Shown here: one piece after another, positions 40,660 to 53,723 of the stretch
Position numbering within the stretch: position 1 is the stretch's first letter
How the letters are laid out: each line of letters starts with the position of its first letter
From: Octopus vulgaris
Lineage: Eukaryota
Direction: 5' to 3'
Assembly: GCA_951406725.2 (NCBI GenBank)
Contig: OX597819.1
Span: 52,700,001-52,764,000, forward strand
DNA length: 64,000 nt
The notes under the pieces: generated by a model
What the model was told of the DNA's origin: nothing
Databases searched by the model: none
Seen by the model: the letters and a program-made list of their open reading frames with translations, nothing else
Made by a program: the position numbers and the translations under genes

Positions 40660-41176
40660 CATAGCTATATATATACACAGATAGAAAGAGAGAATAAGAG
40701 ATATACAGATAGACAGAACAAGATAGATATACAGAGAGACACACAGAGAGACAAACACAAACAGAAAGACAGAAAAAGTTAGAGACAAACGTAGAGCAAG
40801 GTGGGGACAGGAGGGAGGGAGAGAGAGAGAGAGTTCTCCCCAACTAAAAATCAAGTCTGTTTTATTTATTAACAGATTCTAACAGGAGTTGCTGAAACTA
40901 TTGGAAACATCGTTAGTGGTGTACTAAATAAGATTAACTGATACACTAACAGCTTGCAGAAAACTAATGCACTTATCTATTTTTCTTTTTAAACATGTTA
41001 TCAGTAATGTCTATAAAAATAAAAAATAATTTACAAAAAAAAAAAGACCCATACGTAAAAAGATCATAAAATGAAAAACAAAGAACAGAAAGATGATGGA
41101 CATAAGGGAGAAAGAAAAAAAAACACAATAATAATAATAATAATAATAAAGAGTTACATTATCAAAGTTTAGAAAA

Positions 41177-41247
41177 TGGTTCCTAATTTGGTAAAGAGCC
41201 ACACTTTTAGTTGAAGTAAAGCATGGCTCTTTACCAAACGAAAGCCA
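41177..41247 (-). ncRNA. Candidate pri-miRNA hairpin
   Basis: Perfect 15-bp inverted repeat TTTGGTAAAGAGCCA/TGGCTCTTTACCAAA. It extends to 21 contiguous pairs with two G-U wobbles on the minus strand, with a short loop and an imperfect basal stem. Confidence 0.55.
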
Positions 41248-42162
41248 GCCAATAAGAATGGATAAAATGAAACAAATAATGCAATCAATAAAGAGGAGAT
41301 AACAGAAAAAGATAAAGGGAGACTATGGATGGGATATGGTAAGAATATATGTGTAAAAGCTATTAAACAATTTATCTTTCTCTCTAAAATAGGCTGTTAA
41401 TTTCACAGTATGCAACATACACCACCAATGGTATGTGAAATGGTTTCAGCAGGTATGTTTTGGTAGCTATTTATTTGATAGCCATACAGTTTTTTTTTTT
41501 TTTCATGTTTTTCTCTTCTTTTTTTTTTACATGATGGCTGTATGTTTATTATATATATATATATACTTTTTTTTAAATATTTTATATTTATACATTAGAG
41601 AAAAACTATTCAGGAAATTTTCTTGTTTATTATTTAGCTTTTTTTTCTTTTGTTTTTCTTTTACATTTAAAATTTTTTTTATTTTTATTTTCAATTGCTA
41701 AAGAAAATGATCTAAGATTCTGTTTTCTGAACATTATTCAAAAGAAGGAATTCCACTCTTCAGTGCAATCATCCCACAAAATATTTATATTTATTTATTT
41801 ATCTCTCATATCTTTAGAGATAATGCATTAGTGAGGTAATGATAGTTACAGTTTCATGGCAGTGGGGTTTGTGCTGATTGATCACATGAAAAAAAGAAAA
41901 GCTGAACTGTGTTTGTGAGTACAGTTCTTAATCCCAAAACATCAATCAACAAGACAGAAGTAACAAGAATGGGCATTGTTAGGTTTCAATGTAACTTTGA
42001 TCAACACTGTTTTGGCAACAAAAACACGTCAGAGACAAAGTTCAACTGAGTGATTCTTTTAAAAAATTATATTCATTATAAATCTTTTTTGAAGTACAAA
42101 TTTGCAAAAGAAAGTATGGCAAGTTGAATAGGAATCACTTAGGTGACAAAGACAGTTGAAAT

Positions 42163-42586
42163 AAGTAATGTTTGTTGCAACTTCAACATGGCTGTTCCAT
42201 TTGAATGGACGTTACTGCGATTTTTTAACCCGAAGAGAACATTTCCTGTAGCTGGTCAACGATGCACATCTGCATCCAGCATACTGCAAGCAGGAGAGCA
42301 AACCCCTACCACCTTCTAGCGAGAGGATCGGTAGACCAGCTGGTTTTGGGCTACTTTCTGCCCATTTTCAATACTGGACACCTTGTCTGCTAGAGATGGC
42401 AGTAGCTCACTTCCATTTGTAACATATATAAATTCAAGTGACATTCAGTTGCTGATCTTGCAACAAGCAAATAAGCTAGTTCTCAAGTCTCTGTAAGAGA
42501 TAAACACAATCCTTTTGAGGTTAAAAAATCACATTAACGTCCATTCAAATAGAACAGTCATGTTGAAGTGGTGACAAACATTACTT
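42163..42586. mobile_element. Foldback-like MITE with ~75-bp TIRs and internal inverted symmetry
   Basis: AAGTAATGTTTGT..CTTCAACATG..TTTGAATGGACGTTA mirrored at the right end. A one-arm copy lies at ~30432-30600. Confidence 0.85.
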
Positions 42587-43448
42587 GCCAGTAGAGCTAC
42601 TGCATTAATCTCTTACAGATATTTTAGAACTAGCTTATTTGACAGTTGAAATAGTTGTAGTAGTAGTTCTGGGAGAGAGCAATTGATACAACTTAGTAGT
42701 TTTGTATCAATATATAAAGCTTTGGTTGTCACAGTTTAGAGGAGACAAATGTTACTCACTAGTTGCAAGTCAACTAAGGAGACAATCAGATGACAAAGTG
42801 CAATCCATAGAGTCATAACTCAGAAAATGCTATACCTTATTGGCTCAGGTAAAAGAAAAGTTTTAGTTCATCGTAGATAACTCCAAAACAATGTTATAGA
42901 AGTGATCTGGTAAAGTATGGTTGGTATTGGGAAGGGCATCTCGCCATAGAAACTATGCCAAAACAGTCAATGGAGCTCAGATCTTGTGACCTGTCAAACC
43001 ATCTAATCCAGGTCAGCACAGAATATACTTACTAAATAATAATGATGATGACACTGAAGATGATGATAATAATAGTGGTGGTGTTAGTGATGATGCTTGT
43101 ACAGATCATGGATCTATGAGTCTGTTAATGATGATGATCATAGAGAGCATGGCTGTCTATGATAGTTCAGTTAAAATAACAGTCAACTTCTACACCAGAT
43201 ATTACTTAATCAGGATCAGAGATAAAGTGTAATGACCAATAGAGAAGGAACTGTAACTAAAAGGAATACAGGGTGTTTTTGTTTCAATTAATCACAAAAA
43301 AATATTGTTTCTTCACACACAAAATGAAGATGCGCCAGAAGTTTTTCATGGTAAATAAATTCTGGATCGCAGTCTGTTTGCCAAATAAATTCTTTTCTTT
43401 GGATAGATTCTACATCAGGAATATGCCATTTGTGGTTCTATTTTTTAA

Positions 43449-43668
43449 CCTTTCAGCATTTAAACTGGCCATATCCCACCCAAATATTTTATCTGTTATT
43501 TGTTCAAACTGGCCAGATCTGGCTTCTCACACCTACCTTACAGTATCATTCTAAAAATAAACAATCACGTAATCGAAATTTCGAAATTACAAGATAACGC
43601 ATGATTAATTCAAAACAATATAAATAAATATGCATTACATTTAACAGAATAATCTAACTGCAACAGGG
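43449..43668 (+). mobile_element. TTAA-type MITE family B
   Basis: TTAA|CCTTTCAGCATT...AGGG|TCAA, homologous to 56618-56836. Confidence 0.75.
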
Positions 43669-46254
43669 TCAAAAAAAAAATAAACCAACAACAACAAATT
43701 CTGTTTACATCAACTATATTCTACTTATACCAGGCAGAAGTTGATGTACTGGATGACATATGCAAAAAATTTCCAACTGATTGAAATTTGCATTGTATGT
43801 TCTAACTACATACTCCATCCTATTATTGATAATTAGTTGTATCCTCTCTAATTTTTCTCTCTTTCACTGTATTGTTCTTATATTTTGTATGTATGTGTGT
43901 ATGCAGATTGGTGTGCATGTACAAATTTACATATATATATATATATATATATATGCGTGCAAGAGTGAGTATACACAAACATATGAATGTAGATACATAT
44001 ATGCATACACATCTAATTTATCAAGTTTCCTCATTAGCGGTAATACTTTTAAACACTGAGTGACTCTATCAAGTTAATTCATTAGCAATATTGTTCTTAA
44101 TCTCGCTTCTTCAATTAAAGACAAATTAACGGATTGACAGAAAACGTTGAAGACCAAAATCTATTTAAATATTTACATATTAAACATGTTAATATTTAGA
44201 GACAACTTACAAAAAACACAAGCAAACAAATCATTTATTTCATTAAGTTTATTTTTCTTCTTTCCTATTTATTATATTTTTTCCGTTTCCACACACATTT
44301 ATGAATACATACACAAATTTATGTATATGTACACACATACGCATACATACATATTGAAATATTATCTATAAAGAAAAATTTATAGGGGAATTAATCTGTA
44401 ATAACAGCTCAGTCTTAAGCACTTAGCATCATCGTCACGTCAAAGTGGCTACTAGAAAATAATGGTGAATTACAATATGATAGGGTATTAAATATGAGTG
44501 CGTAAGCATATGTGTGCAAGTGTATGGGAATGTTTATACTTGCTTGTGTGTGTATTTGTGTTTGCGTGTGCATTGCAAAACAAATGCCACACACTTAGGC
44601 AAATGTGAGTGTGTAAGTGTCTTGTAAGACAATACCACATGCTCATATATACCTGAATGCATGTATTGTAAAACAATACCACATGCCTGTACATAGAGAC
44701 AAGTGTGAATTGTAAATTTCAATAGCTTCTTTAAACTGGTTTAATGAGAATATTTCTTTATGAGAATTCATATTTGCTGCTTTCTATCTTTTACCTTTTT
44801 TTGTTTTTTACATTTTTTTCTTCCTACATTCCTTTCTTTACAGTAATTTATTCATTCATGATTGCTTATTATTTATTTATTTATTTATTTATTTGCATTT
44901 TCCAACATGGCAATATATTTTAGGAAATATCTAAATAAATAAATATATCCATACGCATACACAGACTTTTGTTTAAAGAGAAAACCGAAGTGAAATGTGA
45001 GAAAATACTCAAGAAAAAGATATTCAACACTTTCGGAGAATGAATTAGGAGACAGACTGGCTAATACAACTTACACTTCAAGCTGTGTGAAAGATGAAAC
45101 AATATATTCTCTGTTATTCTCATACATGAAATGATACAATACATGACAAACATAGATGCCTTAAATATGGTAGGAGATGCACAAAGGCGCCACACAAATG
45201 AGATTAAATCTTTGCCAAGAAATTTTACAAACAAGAGTTAAACAATTAAAAATGACTTGAAATTTTGTACTGCTTCCAAGTCGGTCGGTGTATGTAACAA
45301 GACAGGATGGAAACAGCAGCGCAACATTGTAAGTATACTGCAAGTGCATCTGCTGTTTCAAGGTTGCATGGGTTTAGATGATATGGAATATCACAGGTCA
45401 TTTTCGTTAGTTGATGTTTTTTCAAGTACTGATGACTAGTAATAAGTAGACGTACTCAACTTCCATTGATGATCATAAAGATAATGCTATTATGTTACTG
45501 TTCAAACCTCTAAAGTTCAACACAATATAGGCTAGTGTTGTTCACAGGATGGGTGGTAACATAGAATCCAGACACATGAAATGTTAGTAGTATATTATAA
45601 ACTTGTACAAACAATGTGAAAATGGACATACATATTTACACAGCTGTTATATGAAATCAACAATGACTTGATAGCATGTGTTCTTTAATTGTTTCAGGCG
45701 TCTGTGTGGTCGCAAACAATGAAAGGCACTCTCTCAGCCCCAACCTCCTCTTCTTGATCCAGAGGAATGTCCAAGATGTGCTAAGTGGAAGGAAACAGAG
45801 AGCTGCACCAACAATGGACTGGTATTCATTTTAGTAGAGTAGACTGGAGCAACGTGAAATCAAATGCCTTGCACAAGAATGCAACAAGTCACCTTGGTCC
45901 AGAAATCAAATCAAGAGCTTAACTACCAAACCATGTACCCTATGTCCACTCAGCTCTAAATGGGTAACCCTGCAACTGACTGATGTTCTCTTTAAGGGCA
46001 ATGTTTGCCTGCCTGCCTGCCTGCCTGCCAAGCCAGCAAAATAGCATCATTCAAAATCTACAACAATGCAAGAAAGCACAGAGTGACCAGCTGTGTATAA
46101 AAACATCTCTGGTCAATCAATGATACACACACACACACACACATTTATGCGCGCACACACATACATACACACATGTAACACAAACATAAACACCTCATCA
46201 TTTTATGTCCATCTTTCCTTGTATATAGGTAGGATAGGTTGTTACAGTCTACCA

Positions 46255-46551
46255 CAGTGGTTTCTGAAGTCAGCAGCACTCCCCCCTCCTCGCACGAGGG
46301 TAGTGAAAAGATCGGGGGTGGGGTAGGCATTGAAGAAAAGTGGGGTAATAATGAGGTAGTCAAAAGGGGGCGAAGGAGTGAAAACAACAAAATAATGGGT
46401 TGAATAGGTTAAGTTTTATCTGTGAAATTCAGTTGTTTTGAATTTGCCGCAGAAAGTGGTCTATGTTTGTGGTGGTAAGTGGGGGAGGAGCACTAGGAAC
46501 ATGGCCTGGGTGCCAAGGGGGTGGCAGCCCCCAAAAGTTTAGGAACCACTA
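46255..46551. mobile_element. hAT (Charlie-like) MITE
   Basis: Ends CAGTGGTTTCT / AGGAACCACTA with a near-8-bp TSD GTCTACCA / GTCTACAT. Confidence 0.7.
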
Positions 46552-47434
46552 GTCTACATCACTCTGCACATCGAGCAGCAAGAAACTGACCAACTTTGTT
46601 ACTTATAGTGCAGACTCTCAACATATTATTAAGTCAGCAGCATTTGGGAGACTATATAATGTGGGATGTGCCCCCAATCCTTATTCAGAGTTGGTGCTCT
46701 CTCTCTCTCTCTCTGCTGTAACACTTCTTATTTGGAGTCAGTCTCCCAAATGGGTAGCCATTATATAGCCACTTTGTGGAAACCACCTATTGCTCATATA
46801 TCTCCACTTTACCCCACCACCTGTACTAACATCCAAGTAAGCAAAACTTAGCTACATCTATACATATGCGCGCACGTGTGTGTTGTGTTATTGAGCAAGA
46901 CACTTTCTTTCACATAGCTGCGGTTCACTCAGCTGTAGAAATGAGTTGCGACATCGCAGGTGCCATGCTGTATCAGCCTTTGCTTTTCCCTTGGATAACA
47001 TCAGTGGCATGGAGAGAAGAAGATGGTATGCATGGGTGACTGCTGGTCTTCCATAAACAACCTTGCCTAGACTTGTACCTCGAAGGGTAACTTTCTAGGT
47101 GCAATCCCATGGTCATTTATGACCAACAGAAGTCTTTAAGTAGGCATAAACTTGGAAGCCAGAATTCAAAACCCATATTCAATCTCTTTCCATTAAGTAA
47201 GCCACTAACGTTATTTAGAAAATACTAACATCAGATAACTTTTAAAATATATTTTAGTAGACCAGGGCATATTTTAACAGCATCACTCTTTCAGTTTTTA
47301 TTTGTTTATCTCTTGATACAGCCATAACCTATCAGAGAGTATTTTTAAAAGGGATAGAATATTACATTTCCTTTCTGGAATAAAAAACTTGGGAAATGAT
47401 ACTGAGAATCTTATGCTGCTAAAATATATCTTAA

Positions 47435-47842
47435 CTCTTTACTCTTTTACTTGTTTCAGTCATTTGACTGCGGCCATGCTGGAGCACCGCCTTTAGTCGA
47501 GCAACTCGACCCCGGGACTTATTCTTTGTAAGCCCAGTACTTATTCTATCAGTCTCTTTTGCTGAACCGCTAAGTGACGGGGACATAAACACACCAGCAT
47601 CGGTTGTCAAGCAATGCTAGGGGAACAAACACAGACACACAAACACACACGCGCACACACATATATATATACATATATACGACGGGCTTCTTTCAGTTTC
47701 CGTCTACCAAATCCACTCACAAGGCTTTGGTCGGCCCGGGGCTATAGTAGAAGACACTTGCCCAAGGTGCCACGCAGTGGGACTGAACCCGGAACCATGT
47801 GGTTGGTAAGCAAGCAACTTACCACACAGCCACTCCTGCGCC
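47435..47842 (-). mobile_element. Full-length young tRNA-CORE SINE (OR1-like, ~400 bp)
   Basis: Pol III A/B-box-like head, CORE-like ACCTTGGGCAAGT, internal TA/TG tract, (AAAGAGT) tail, CpGs retained. Confidence 0.93.
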
Positions 47843-49684
47843 TAACTCAACTTGATTTTGTCTTTTTATTCATAAAATGTCACAAGTATGTAAAATTCAT
47901 TCACTGTATTAACAGAAATGTTAAGATAGCTGAACAAAGCAAACTCTGTGGTAATTGTTTTGCCACTATGCTCAGAGTTCAAATCCCACTGAAGTCAACT
48001 GTACTTTTGATCCTTTTAGAATAGAAAAAAAAAAGGACCAGTCCAGGACAAGAGGATGAGCAGAATGAAAATAAATACCAATGAACAAAATCCATTAAAT
48101 ACAAATTTGTGACTTTTATACAAAAAGCAAAACCAATGTATACCTCCAGAGGAGTAATAGTACAGATGGCTAATACTGTATGCAAACAGTTCAATCCCCT
48201 AGAAGCCTGTTTCCAATCCCAGTGGAACTGAATCTGCCACCAAGATCAATCACATAGACATTTTATAAACTTTTCCTTTGTTCCCTTGTACTGTGTGTGC
48301 GTGTGTGTGTGTGCGCGCGCACATGCATGCATGGTGGCTATGTGTGGGTGACTCCAAAGTCATAGGAGTCAAGAAAGACTGCTTTGCAGTATTTGTTTTG
48401 GCTCTCTACAGTAAAAAAATCAACTTTGCTTTTCTTCCTTTCAGAGCCAATAAAAAAAAAAGGTACGCGTCTGGGGTTGTGGTCGGGCAGAATTGTTATT
48501 TGCTCTCGGCTCCCAGCATTTTGAAGGCAACACCTGCTAGGTCACTGGGTTACTGGTGATATTCTGCACTGGCCTTGCCTTCCCCTTGGAAAACAGTGGC
48601 ACCAGGAGGAAGAGGCTTGCATCCACGGGCAACTGCTGGTCTTTTCCAGTTAAACCTGTCCAAGCCAGCACTTTGAAAGATTTCTCCAGGTGCAATTACA
48701 TAGTGAACCTAGTGACCAACAAAGGCTTTATACATGTGTGTGTAAAGAGATATTTACAAAGTATCTTTTTCAAAGACCCCACACCCACAGTTTTGTAATC
48801 TACTTATCAAATAGATAAACAAATCACATGATGGAAAATGGTACTAAGAATGAGTTTGGTAAACATTGAAATGCGCAACGAAATTTAAATATCCAGAATT
48901 ATCTCATATACATATCTTGTACTTCTACTGCAACAAGTTTTTAGTAACTTAGTATTCTGCAACAGGAATGTGTGTGCATGTTTGTGTAGTGGTGGTGGTG
49001 GTGGTTTTGGTAATAGGTGGGGAAACGGTAGCTAAGAAATGCTATATCAAGCTGACAGCAAACACTAAAGGCATAATAAATACAAACATAAATTTCACTG
49101 AAGAGTTGGGAGGGGGGAGGGAGGAAAAAGAAGAAAAAAAGATACGCAATTGAAGTTATCATTGTCCCTAATGGAGGGGGAAGTGTTGGGGAGAGGATGA
49201 GGAGAAGAAAACAAATATGAAATACCGAAAAGCAGGTCTTTAAAGAGGAACATCAACCAAACAACAACAAAAAATAACAACAATGATGATGATGATGATG
49301 AATAAATATAATAATAATAATAATAATAATAATGACTGAAAAATGAAAAATAAAATTATAAAGTAATACCAAAAAAAAACCCAAATAAAAACAAAAGCAA
49401 GTGAACTCCAATTTTAATGGTGATAGTATACAAAATTAAACAGAATATGAATCATTTGAAATACAATATAGAAATAGAGTTAGCATCTAAAATATTTTAG
49501 GGAGGAGGGAGATAATGTCCTCTTTTATAATCTAAATCTAGCAACTTATTGATTTAATGGCAGTCCAGCAGCAACAAATCTCTTTTATTTATTTATTGTT
49601 GCCTTGTTTTTTGCTTTATTATATTAGTATTACTTTCAGCGTCATTATATTTTCTTCCTTTCTTCCCTATTATCATTACTATAA

Positions 49685-49715
<31 letters not shown>

Positions 49716-50247
49716 CATTATTATTACTACTGCTGCTGTTATTGTTGTTGTTGTTGTTGATGCGTTATTATAGTCAGAAACATTACATTTGTGAAATCTA
49801 ATTCTGTTTTATCAAATCAGCAATGTGTTTTAGCCAACTGCTAATGGTGTAAATTGAAAATGAAAAATAATAAAATTGATAATAATAACAATAATATAAT
49901 AGTAGTAATAATAATAATAATAATAATGATTTCTGTTGAAATAATGATAATAATAATAACAACAACAACAATAGTGAAATTGGAAATAAAAGCAAACCAG
50001 GAACAGCAAAAGAACGAAGAGAAAAGCTATAAAATAGCAAATAAAAAATTAATACATGTGCCAAAAGAAAAACAAAAAATACAAAAAAAAAAGCATTTAA
50101 ATTCTTTTTTTAAATGAAAAAGAAAAAAAAAATGGCCATTAGAACAAATTTTGTAATGTATATATTTCTAAGAATTCTGACCAAATGAAAAAAAATGGGG
50201 GGAAAGAATGAAAGGAACATATGCGCATGTGTGTAGTGTATGTACTT

Positions 50248-50301
<54 letters not shown>

Positions 50302-50931
50302 TGCATACATATACACATATATATCTATATATATGGCTATGGCTGTTTCGTTGAGAAGCTTGCTTCCCAACCACTTGGTTCTGAGTTCAGTCCCACTGTA
50401 TGGCACCTTGGAGAAGTGTCTTCTACTAAAGCATTAACTAAAAAAAAAACTGCTTCAACAAATTCAATCTGATCCATGCACACATGGAAAAATGAAGGTT
50501 AGAACTGTAATACACACACACACACACATCTAATTTAGTGGTGCTTTGTCCTCAGTCAAGTCCTGTGCATGTCAACTTTATCCAGCACTCTTTATATGAC
50601 ATGGGAGGGCCCATACCTTCCCCTGCCACCATTAAGTGGATTAATGCAATTACAGCCATATTTAGACTTGGGATGAATACAGGAGTGGTTTCCCATCACC
50701 TCCTTCAGTCAGGTGGGATTTAAACTCAGAATGTACAGAGCTCTAAGTTTACAAGGTATACTGCAAAGCATTTCTGCCTGTGCACAAATGATTCTGGTGC
50801 TCTCCCATTCACTTGAGCACTGTAAAAGGAAGTATTTTGCTCAAGAACACAATAGGTCACCTGGGCAATGAATTGAACTCATGATCTAGCAATCATGTGT
50901 GCATAGCTCTAACCACTAGGCCACATGCCTC

Positions 50932-50964
<33 letters not shown>

Positions 50965-51699
50965 TGCATGCATGCATGCATGACTGACTTACTAAGAAAT
51001 TCACTTTACAATAATGTGATTTTGGGCTCAAAATCCATGTGTAGCATCTTGGCCATGTACCTGCTAGAACAGCCTTGGGTTAACTCTAATTTGTGAGTGA
51101 AGTCGGCTAGATGGATACTGATTGTACCTCTAATTCAAAGATCAAGGTTGATCACACTCTAGAAATACCTAACGAACCAAGCAACTGCTTACATGCTAAT
51201 TCAATTACTAGGTACTATAGTTGAACAGACAATTGGAATACTCGTTGCTGAAAGAAGTGATGGCAATTAATTTTATTATATAACAAGTGATAAGCAACAC
51301 ACATATACATACATACATACATTCATACATACATACATACATACATTACATACATGCATGCATATATAAATACATTACTGTTTATCTTGATAAGACATCA
51401 TCATGTCATGCACATATAGTTGTGATGCATGTGCCTGGTGTGCCCTTACCAGATGGGTAGTCATGATGGGTATACTGAGCTTCGTATATTTCCCCCCAGT
51501 GTCACTTTGATGGCATGCACTGCTCTCTCACTAAATAATATACATACATGCACAACCTAGACACTATGCATCTAACTTGCAATGGTTCTATGAATGCAGA
51601 CCTTGAGAACATTGTACAGTGAGTCTATGACAAACTTGTCTCTTTAAATAATACAAAAAAAATTAAACATACACCTTAAGCTCTACACTTAACAAGAAA

Positions 51700-52150
51700 G
51701 CTCCAGCATCAACATGAGTAGCACTCAGCTAGAACTCCTGTGCTCACTCCAAATGTTGGGCTTCACTCTCACCAAGGATCTTCCCTGGCAAAAACACAAC
51801 CTTCGCATAGTTTGGACTGCAACCCAGAGACTGGCCCTTCTCTTCAGGGCTAGGATATATTTCCCCCCCCCCCCAATAACTGCTGACAATCTACAAGGCT
51901 GAAGTGATGTCCACAGTGAAACAGCACTATGCATGCAGTCAATTTGGACCACACACACACAGAGAAGTGCCATTCAACTGATCGGTTTTCAATCACTAGC
52001 TGACACACTCCACCCTTTGGCCCACATGCATAATTTTTCCTGTCTCTTTTCTCTTCGTACTATAATGGTCTCTGTTTACTGGAGCTGGATGGTCTCTTAC
52101 CTACCTCATGTAGGTGCCGCTGACCAACTCTTCTCTCCACTTCTCATCCT
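51700..52150 (+). mobile_element. Decayed CR1/L2/Jockey-group LINE ORF2 fragment
   Basis: LGFTLTKDLPWQKH...QRLALLFRARIYF..LLTIYKA and QRSAIQLIG..LADTLHPLAH match the post-RT region of these LINEs. Confidence 0.75.
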
Positions 52151-52762
52151 CATGTAGTAACCATCTCCCTCCTCAGCTCCCCACTAATCACAATACCCAG
52201 TTCCTTCTCCTTAGAATACCAGCTTTCTAGAATCTTCTCTCTGTTCATATCTTCTCTGAGGTGTTTGCCCTACACCAGTTAAAACTAAACATTAATGGCA
52301 TTAAGCTCACTCATTAATGGCATCATTCACAGAGAGAATGCAAAGGTCATGCCCACTGTCCCTTCCTTCAGATATATATACATAATATTTCAACTCATTT
52401 CAAAGTATGAAATTGATAGTACAAAAGCATCCAACCATTATGTTGATGACTGCAGCAGTTTTCAATGAGAAGTAGTGGAATAAGGCTCAAGACAATTGCT
52501 GATGGCAGCAATAATATATAATATAGTAATAACAATAATGTAGAAGATCATGACAATGGTGATTTGTTTCCTTACCTTACAGGCAAAGGATAAAGGATAT
52601 TAAAAGACAATGGAGGTATGACATCAAGTTTGATAAGAAGCAATAAGAAAAGACACAGCCAAATATGTAAATAAAGTTTTATAGATATATAGATGTGTGT
52701 GTGTGTGTGTGTGTGTACGCTTGCAACTGTTTGTGTGTGCGTGTGTGTGTGAAAAGATGCAA

Positions 52763-53160
52763 GGCAGTGAGCTGGCAGAAACGTTAGCATGCCATGCAAA
52801 ATGCTCAGCAGTATTTCGTCTGCCGCTACGTTCTGAGTTCAAATTCCGCTGAGGTCAACTTTGCCTTTCATCCTTTCGGGGTCGATTAAATAAGTACCAG
52901 TTACGCACTGGGGTCGATACAACCAACTTAATCCATTTGTCTGTCCTTGTTTGTCCTCTCTGTGTTTAGCCCCTTGTGCGTATTTCGTCTGCCGTTACGT
53001 TCTGAGTTCAAATTCCGCTGAGGTCAACTTTGCCTTCTATCCTTTCGGGGTCGATAAATTAAGCACCAGTTATGCACTGGGTCGATGTAATCAATTTAAT
53101 CCCTTTGTCTGCCCTTGTTTGTCCCCTCTATGTTTAGCCCCTTGTGGGCAATAATGAAAT
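52763..53160 (+). mobile_element. Young Nin/Deu-domain SINE with internal tandem duplication
   Basis: Contains GCCTTTCATCCTTTCGGGGTCGAT..AAGTACCAG. The body repeats from 52981. TSD AAGATGCA at 52754 and 53161. Confidence 0.9.
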
Positions 53161-53509
53161 AAGATGCATGGCCTCGTGGTTAGATTGCTGCATTCAAGAT
53201 CTCAAGATCATGGTTTCTAATCTCAGATAAATGGTGCATTGTTTCTGAGCAAAACACTTCATTTCATGTTGCTCCAGTCTACTCAGCTGTAAATGGATAA
53301 CCCTGTGACAGACTATCATCCTGTTTAAGGGGAATGTTGGTCTACCTGCCTACATAGCCAGTGGGGTGGCATCTTTCAAGAAGAACTAGCCGTGTATAAC
53401 AACATGATAGAATGGATGATACAGTGACCGTAGAGGGAGAGAGAGGTGTGTGTGTGTGTGTCTATATAAATATATATATATACATATAATAATAATAATA
53501 ATAATAATA

Positions 53510-53723
53510 ATCCTTTTTAATATAGGCACAAGGCCTGAAATTTTAGGGAGGGGTAAAGTTGGTTACAGCGACCCCAGTACTTGACTGGTACTTAATTTAT
53601 CGACCCTAAAAGAATGAAAGGTAAAGTCACTTTGGCAGAATTTGAACTCAGAACATAAAGATGGATGAAATACCACTAAACCATTTGTCCAGCATGCTAA
53701 CGATTCTGGCATCTTGCTACCTT
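53510..53723 (-). mobile_element. Nin/Deu-domain SINE with (ATT)n tail
   Basis: Reverse complement of the 52763 family. Confidence 0.85.

Noticed and set aside
47614-48024. Recurrent peptide FRLPNPLTRLWSARGYSRRHLPKVP (also 37412 and 61873)
   Set aside because: It is the antisense translation of the OR1-like SINE, not a gene family.
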